Shown: one piece after another, positions 31,949 through 35,777 of the stretch
Layout of the letters: each line of letters begins with the position of its first letter
Numbering within the stretch: the first letter of the stretch is position 1
Virus record (IMG/VR): IMGVR_UViG_3300042366_000723
Location: 1 to 35,777 of that record
Source: a virus
Lineage: Duplodnaviria > Caudoviricetes
DNA length: 35,777 nucleotides
Strand: one strand, 5' to 3'
Translations under genes and position numbers: made by a program
The notes under the pieces: model-generated
Databases searched by the model: none
The model's input: only the letters and a program-made list of their open reading frames with translations
What the model was told of the DNA's origin: nothing

Positions 31949-33559
31949 ATGACCGACCTCGACCAGCTCCGCGCCCTTCTGGCATCGAAAGCATGGCGAA
32001 TGGCGAATCTCTATCTCATCCTCGACGAGGACGGGAAGACGATTCCGTTCCGAATGCGAGGCGAGCAGGAGCAGTATCTGGCCGAGCGTCACAACCGGAA
32101 CTTCATTCCCAAGGCGCGGAAGTTAGGTGTGTCCACCGCCATTGTGCTGGCGAACCTGGACGATTGCCTGTTCAACGCGAACCTCGCCGCCGGGATCATC
32201 GACCTCACCAAGGACGATGCCTTCGCCAAGCTCGCGATGGCCCGGTTCGCGTGGGAGAACGGACACCTGCATCCTGATCCTGCCATCGGTGCGCTCTGGC
32301 GCTGGATCCGCAAGGCCAACCCGCTCGACAAGGATGCGGGCGGGGAGATGACCTGGGCGAACGGATCGAAGATCACGGCGGGGGTGGCCTTCACGGGCCG
32401 CACGCCGCAACGCCTGCACATTTCCGAGTTTGGGCCGATCTCCGCGAAGTTCCCGGCGAAAGCGACCGGGATCAAGCGAGGTGCGTTCAACTCCCTGCCG
32501 CCCGGCGGGATCATCGACATCGAAACCACGATGGAAGGAGGGCAGTGGGGTGAGTGCTATGCCATCTTCCAACTGTCACTGGAGGCCGCAAAGCTCGACC
32601 GCCTGACTGCCTTAGACTGGAAGCTCCACTTCTTCCCATGGTGGGGCCATCCAAGCTATGTGCTGCCGGGCGTCAAGCCCTCACGGGCTGAGACGGCGGA
32701 GTATTTCGCCGGGCTTCGCGAACGCTACGGCATCGAGATTCCCCTCGACCGCCAGGCGTTCTACGAGCGCAGGAAGGCGGAGCAGGGGGAGGAAATGTGG
32801 CAGCAGTTTCCCAGCGTCATCGAAGAGGTCGATCGCCAGGTCGTTCCCGGGCAGATCTACCCGGAGATGAAGCGGGTCCGAGCGGAGAAGCAGGTGGCGG
32901 CCTTCGAACCCGAGAAGGGGTATCCCATGTTCACCGCATGGGATCTCGGCTCCTCCGACAACATGGCGGGGGTTCTCATCCAGCCCGCCGGGAAGGCGCA
33001 CAACTTCCTCGACGGGGCCGTGGGCGAGGGCGCTGGAGCCGGGGGTGTGGCCGAGGTCATCCGGTCATGGGAGCGGACGCATGGCGAGAGCTTCGCGCAC
33101 TTCCTCCCGCACGATTGCGAGATCACCGACAAAGGATCCGGCAAGACCTACCTCCAGCAACTGGTCGAGGCCGGGATCCCGAGGAGGAGCATCGTCGTCG
33201 TCCCGCGCATTCCCGACCTCTGGGTGGGCATCGAGGAGGTCAGGCGCATCCTCCCGAACTGCTGGTTCCACGCGAGGATGGACGAGCCGATCTACTCCGA
33301 GACCGGGGCGAAACTTCCCAGCCTGGTGGGCCGCCTCGAAGGTTACCGAAAAAAGCTCGACCAATCCACCGGCATCCTGCGATCGGTCCCGGTGCATGAC
33401 CTGTGCAGCCATTTCGCGGATTCCGTCCGCACCTATGCCGAGGCGCTGAGTCGCGACCTGGTCCGAGGATCGAACGTCAAACACAAGGGGGCGACGGTCG
33501 TGGACGGGTTTCGCGGCGAGGACAGGCCGGTGCGGAAAAACGTGCAGATTTTGTCATGA
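31949..33559 (+). CDS. terL: Terminase large subunit
   Basis: WR..NLY.I, IPKARKLG.ST (Walker A-like), LHISEFG, IETT, FFPWW, AWDLG..D, LPHD, HD..SH.ADS.R motifs. Confidence 0.93.
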   Translation: MTDLDQLRALLASKAWRMANLYLILDEDGKTIPFRMRGEQEQYLAERHNRNFIPKARKLGVSTAIVLANLDDCLFNANLAAGIIDLTKDDAFAKLAMARFAWENGHLHPDPAIGALWRWIRKANPLDKDAGGEMTWANGSKITAGVAFTGRTPQRLHISEFGPISAKFPAKATGIKRGAFNSLPPGGIIDIETTMEGGQWGECYAIFQLSLEAAKLDRLTALDWKLHFFPWWGHPSYVLPGVKPSRAETAEYFAGLRERYGIEIPLDRQAFYERRKAEQGEEMWQQFPSVIEEVDRQVVPGQIYPEMKRVRAEKQVAAFEPEKGYPMFTAWDLGSSDNMAGVLIQPAGKAHNFLDGAVGEGAGAGGVAEVIRSWERTHGESFAHFLPHDCEITDKGSGKTYLQQLVEAGIPRRSIVVVPRIPDLWVGIEEVRRILPNCWFHARMDEPIYSETGAKLPSLVGRLEGYRKKLDQSTGILRSVPVHDLCSHFADSVRTYAEALSRDLVRGSNVKHKGATVVDGFRGEDRPVRKNVQILS

Positions 33560-34014
33560 CTCCCGCCCTTCGCGCCGCTCAATGGCACTCCCGGCAACCC
33601 GACTGCGAATCGTTCAGCGAGGCACTGCTGGCGCATCTCCATGGCGGCTATGTGATCTCGACGCCCGAGGTCTTTCTGCTTTTCCGTCCCGTCGATTCCC
33701 GAGGCGACCGGCTCCTCTTCGATGACCCTTGGCACCGGTTCGAGACTTTCGATACCTGGCACTGCTACCTCGCCGCCGGAGACCTCACCCAGTTCCGCCA
33801 GTTCATTCCTTTCGACCTGCCGTTTTTTTCCTATGTGCGAAAAAACCGCTTGCGCGTTCGACCTTTGACGCAAAGCCCAGTTCTCTATGGGCGGAAAACA
33901 GAAACTCGCAAAGCAGCAGGCGCAGGCCAACTTTTTGTCGCAGCAATCCATCCGGCAACAGGCGGCTGCGAATCGACAGGCGCAAAGGACCGCACAGCAG
34001 GCGGCAGCGGCTGA
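33556..34014 (+). CDS. Hypothetical phage protein
   Basis: ATG 33556 coupled to terL stop; G.V.STP..F...RPV and W..YLAAGD motifs; 3' end overlaps the next gene by 128 nt. Confidence 0.65.
   Translation: MTPALRAAQWHSRQPDCESFSEALLAHLHGGYVISTPEVFLLFRPVDSRGDRLLFDDPWHRFETFDTWHCYLAAGDLTQFRQFIPFDLPFFSYVRKNRLRVRPLTQSPVLYGRKTETRKAAGAGQLFVAAIHPATGGCESTGAKDRTAGGSG
33837..33878 (+). promoter_or_regulatory. Conserved putative late promoter/operator, copy 2 (upstream of portal operon)
   Basis: GCGAAAAAA.CGCTTG-N10-CTTTGACGCAAAGCCC, 8 nt before ATG 33887. Confidence 0.65.
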
Positions 34015-34243
34015 CCGGCGGTTCCAGGCCGAGCAGACCCGCCGCATGAGTGAGGTCGAGCGGCGATCTGCCGACGCGCTCGCGGCGATGAAGGACAAGC
34101 AGGATGTCCGCACCGACTACATCGAGGACGAGGAGGCCATGCGCCGACGCCGCGGCGGTGGAGGTGGTGGCGGGGGTGGCGGTTACGGATTCGCCCGTCC
34201 CATGGGAAGTGGCCTCGGAGGTTCCCCGAGCAAGCTGGGATGA
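33887..34243 (+). CDS. Small pre-portal virion protein
   Basis: MGG start, Q/A-rich helix, G-rich tail ending in KLG, ATGA-coupled to the portal gene, in the usual pre-portal position. Confidence 0.7.
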   Translation: MGGKQKLAKQQAQANFLSQQSIRQQAAANRQAQRTAQQAAAADRRFQAEQTRRMSEVERRSADALAAMKDKQDVRTDYIEDEEAMRRRRGGGGGGGGGGYGFARPMGSGLGGSPSKLG

Positions 34244-35777
34244 CCGACGCCGCTCAAATCCTGCAACGCTACAAGGCCGCCGAATCGGTGCGCCTGGCGA
34301 TGTGTTCGATATGGAGGGATGTCGGAGCCTACGGCGATCCGCTCAACCGGCAGATCGGTATGGACACCGCGACGGTGGGCTGGTCGCCGTCCCTGGCTGG
34401 TCAGGCGCAGATCTTCGACTCGACCCTCCGGCAGGCCGCGATGACCTACGCCGCCGGGTGCATGAGCTGGATCACTCCGGCGGAGACGAAGTGGTTCGCG
34501 TACACTGCGCCGCGATTCCTGCGGGGTGACGACGCCGCCAAGAGCTGGTATTCGGAATGCTCCGACATCGCGTCCGAGGTGCTGGCCGGGACCAACTTCT
34601 ACAGCCAGGTGCATGATGTCTACATGCAGGACGGCATCTACGGAACCTCGGGGCTGTTCGTCCGCGAGAATACCCGCTACGGGCTCCACTTCGAGTCCAT
34701 GCAGATCTCGGAGTATTCCATCCTTGAAAACCACCTCGGGGATGTGGACACCGTGTTCCGGGTCAAGAAGTATTCCGCCCGCCAGATGGCCGACGACTTC
34801 GGGGAGCGGAACCTGCCGCACGAAGTGGCGCAGTGCCTCGGCTACCCGCTCAAGGAGCGCAGTGAGGACCATGAGGTCATTCACTGCATCTCCGAGCGCA
34901 AGGAGCGCGACCGATACCGGAAGAACGTGCAGAACGCGCCGTGGGCCTCGGTGTGGATCCACAAGGCATCCGAGACGATCCTGCGGGAGAGCGGCTTCTA
35001 CGAGGCTCCCTTCTGCGTCCACCGCCACCTCCCGTGGGGGCGCACGCCCTACGGTCGCAGCCCCGGCATGGAGGCGATTTATGACACGCGCACGCTCAAC
35101 TACATGCAGCAGCAGCTCGACACCCTGGTCGAGAAGCAGGTTTCCCCGCCCGTGATCGCCCCAGCCAACTTCGAGGGGACCATCGACCTGCGGGCTCGCG
35201 GCATCACCTACACGCCCGACATGAATTCCCGGCCCCAGTATTTCGGGGAGCCGGGCAACTACATGATCGGAGAGGACCGCACCGAGTTCCGCAAGCGGCA
35301 GATCAACAACGCCTTCCACGTCGAGCTGTTCCAAGCCCTGGCCTCGGTCCCCATCGGCAAGCAGATGACCGCCGAGGAGGTGCGCCAGCGCCGCAACGAC
35401 CGGCTCCCGAACTTCTCCCCGACGTTCGCGCGAAAGACCCGCGAGATCTGCGATCCCATCATGCGCCAGGTCTTCTCGGTGCTGGCCAAGGCCGGGGCAT
35501 TCCCGCCCGCTCCGCGTCAACTGATGCAGAACCTCGGCAACGGAGAAGTCTTCATTCCCGACCCGAACATCGTCTACTCCTCGCGCATGGCTCTGGCGCT
35601 CCAGACCATCCACAACGATGCCTTCTTGGATGCCATGACCATGGCCGGGAACATCGCCAACGTGCGGCCCGATGTCCTCGACAACCTCAACATTGACGAC
35701 GGGTTCCGCAACTACGCCCGCAACCTCGGCGTCCTCGAATCGTCAATCGTCCCCGAGCGCATCCGCGACCAGATGCG
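34240..35777 (+). CDS. Portal/head-tail connector (T7 gp8/Bbp21-like), 3' truncated; absent from ORF track
   Basis: MTDAAQILQRYK..IFDST.RQAA..YAAG.MS.ITP....WF..ESGFYEAPF..YGRSPG..MTAEEV.QR; open to the window end. Confidence 0.92.
   Translation, partial: MTDAAQILQRYKAAESVRLAMCSIWRDVGAYGDPLNRQIGMDTATVGWSPSLAGQAQIFDSTLRQAAMTYAAGCMSWITPAETKWFAYTAPRFLRGDDAAKSWYSECSDIASEVLAGTNFYSQVHDVYMQDGIYGTSGLFVRENTRYGLHFESMQISEYSILENHLGDVDTVFRVKKYSARQMADDFGERNLPHEVAQCLGYPLKERSEDHEVIHCISERKERDRYRKNVQNAPWASVWIHKASETILRESGFYEAPFCVHRHLPWGRTPYGRSPGMEAIYDTRTLNYMQQQLDTLVEKQVSPPVIAPANFEGTIDLRARGITYTPDMNSRPQYFGEPGNYMIGEDRTEFRKRQINNAFHVELFQALASVPIGKQMTAEEVRQRRNDRLPNFSPTFARKTREICDPIMRQVFSVLAKAGAFPPAPRQLMQNLGNGEVFIPDPNIVYSSRMALALQTIHNDAFLDAMTMAGNIANVRPDVLDNLNIDDGFRNYARNLGVLESSIVPERIRDQM

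Larger units (their letters stand above)
1..35777. mobile_element. Temperate podovirus-like phage genome (partial, circularly permuted, attP intact)
   Basis: Portal, terminase, tail, internal virion, lysis, integrase, regulatory and replication genes; no host genes; the att core has phage genes on both sides. Confidence 0.95.

Noticed and set aside
34153-34183. GGY-rich run as a functional DNA repeat
   Set aside because: Explained by a poly-glycine tract in the pre-portal protein
1-35777. Classification as a T7-like lytic phage with its own RNA polymerase
   Set aside because: No single-subunit RNA polymerase or DNA polymerase recognised; replication and lysogeny modules are lambdoid and temperate

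Overview
The whole window is most of one temperate, GC-rich podovirus-type phage genome, read in circularly permuted, unintegrated form. It has a T7/BPP-1/epsilon15-like virion module, a lambdoid replication and recombination module, and a tyrosine integrase with an intact attP. Gene order: end of a head gene, terminator and tRNA-Met(CAT); tail genes; internal (ejection) proteins including a ~2880-aa polyvalent protein; lysis genes; integrase and attP (tmRNA-like 3' core); a divergent ribbon-helix-helix switch; early genes (Xis-like, RecT/RecE-like, VRR-NUC, initiator with internal ori, DnaC-like); TerS; small genes; TerL; and a portal gene that runs off the end. Main unusual points: (1) an apparent integron-type gene cassette with attC sites, inverted relative to its gene, lies between terS and terL with no integron integrase in view; (2) the giant ejection protein carries an ADP-ribosyltransferase-like and an HhH-GPD glycosylase-like domain delimited by repeated TFS(V/L) boxes, plus an overprinted 47-aa highly acidic ORF directly behind the glycosylase-like domain; (3) two paralogous tail adaptor (gp11-like) proteins are each fused to a collagen fibre, fibre-like repeats are inserted in the nozzle, and the canonical fibre gene is reduced to a stub. 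All family calls are from motif recognition by eye; no searches were run. A PVC/Verrucomicrobia-type host is only a tentative inference.
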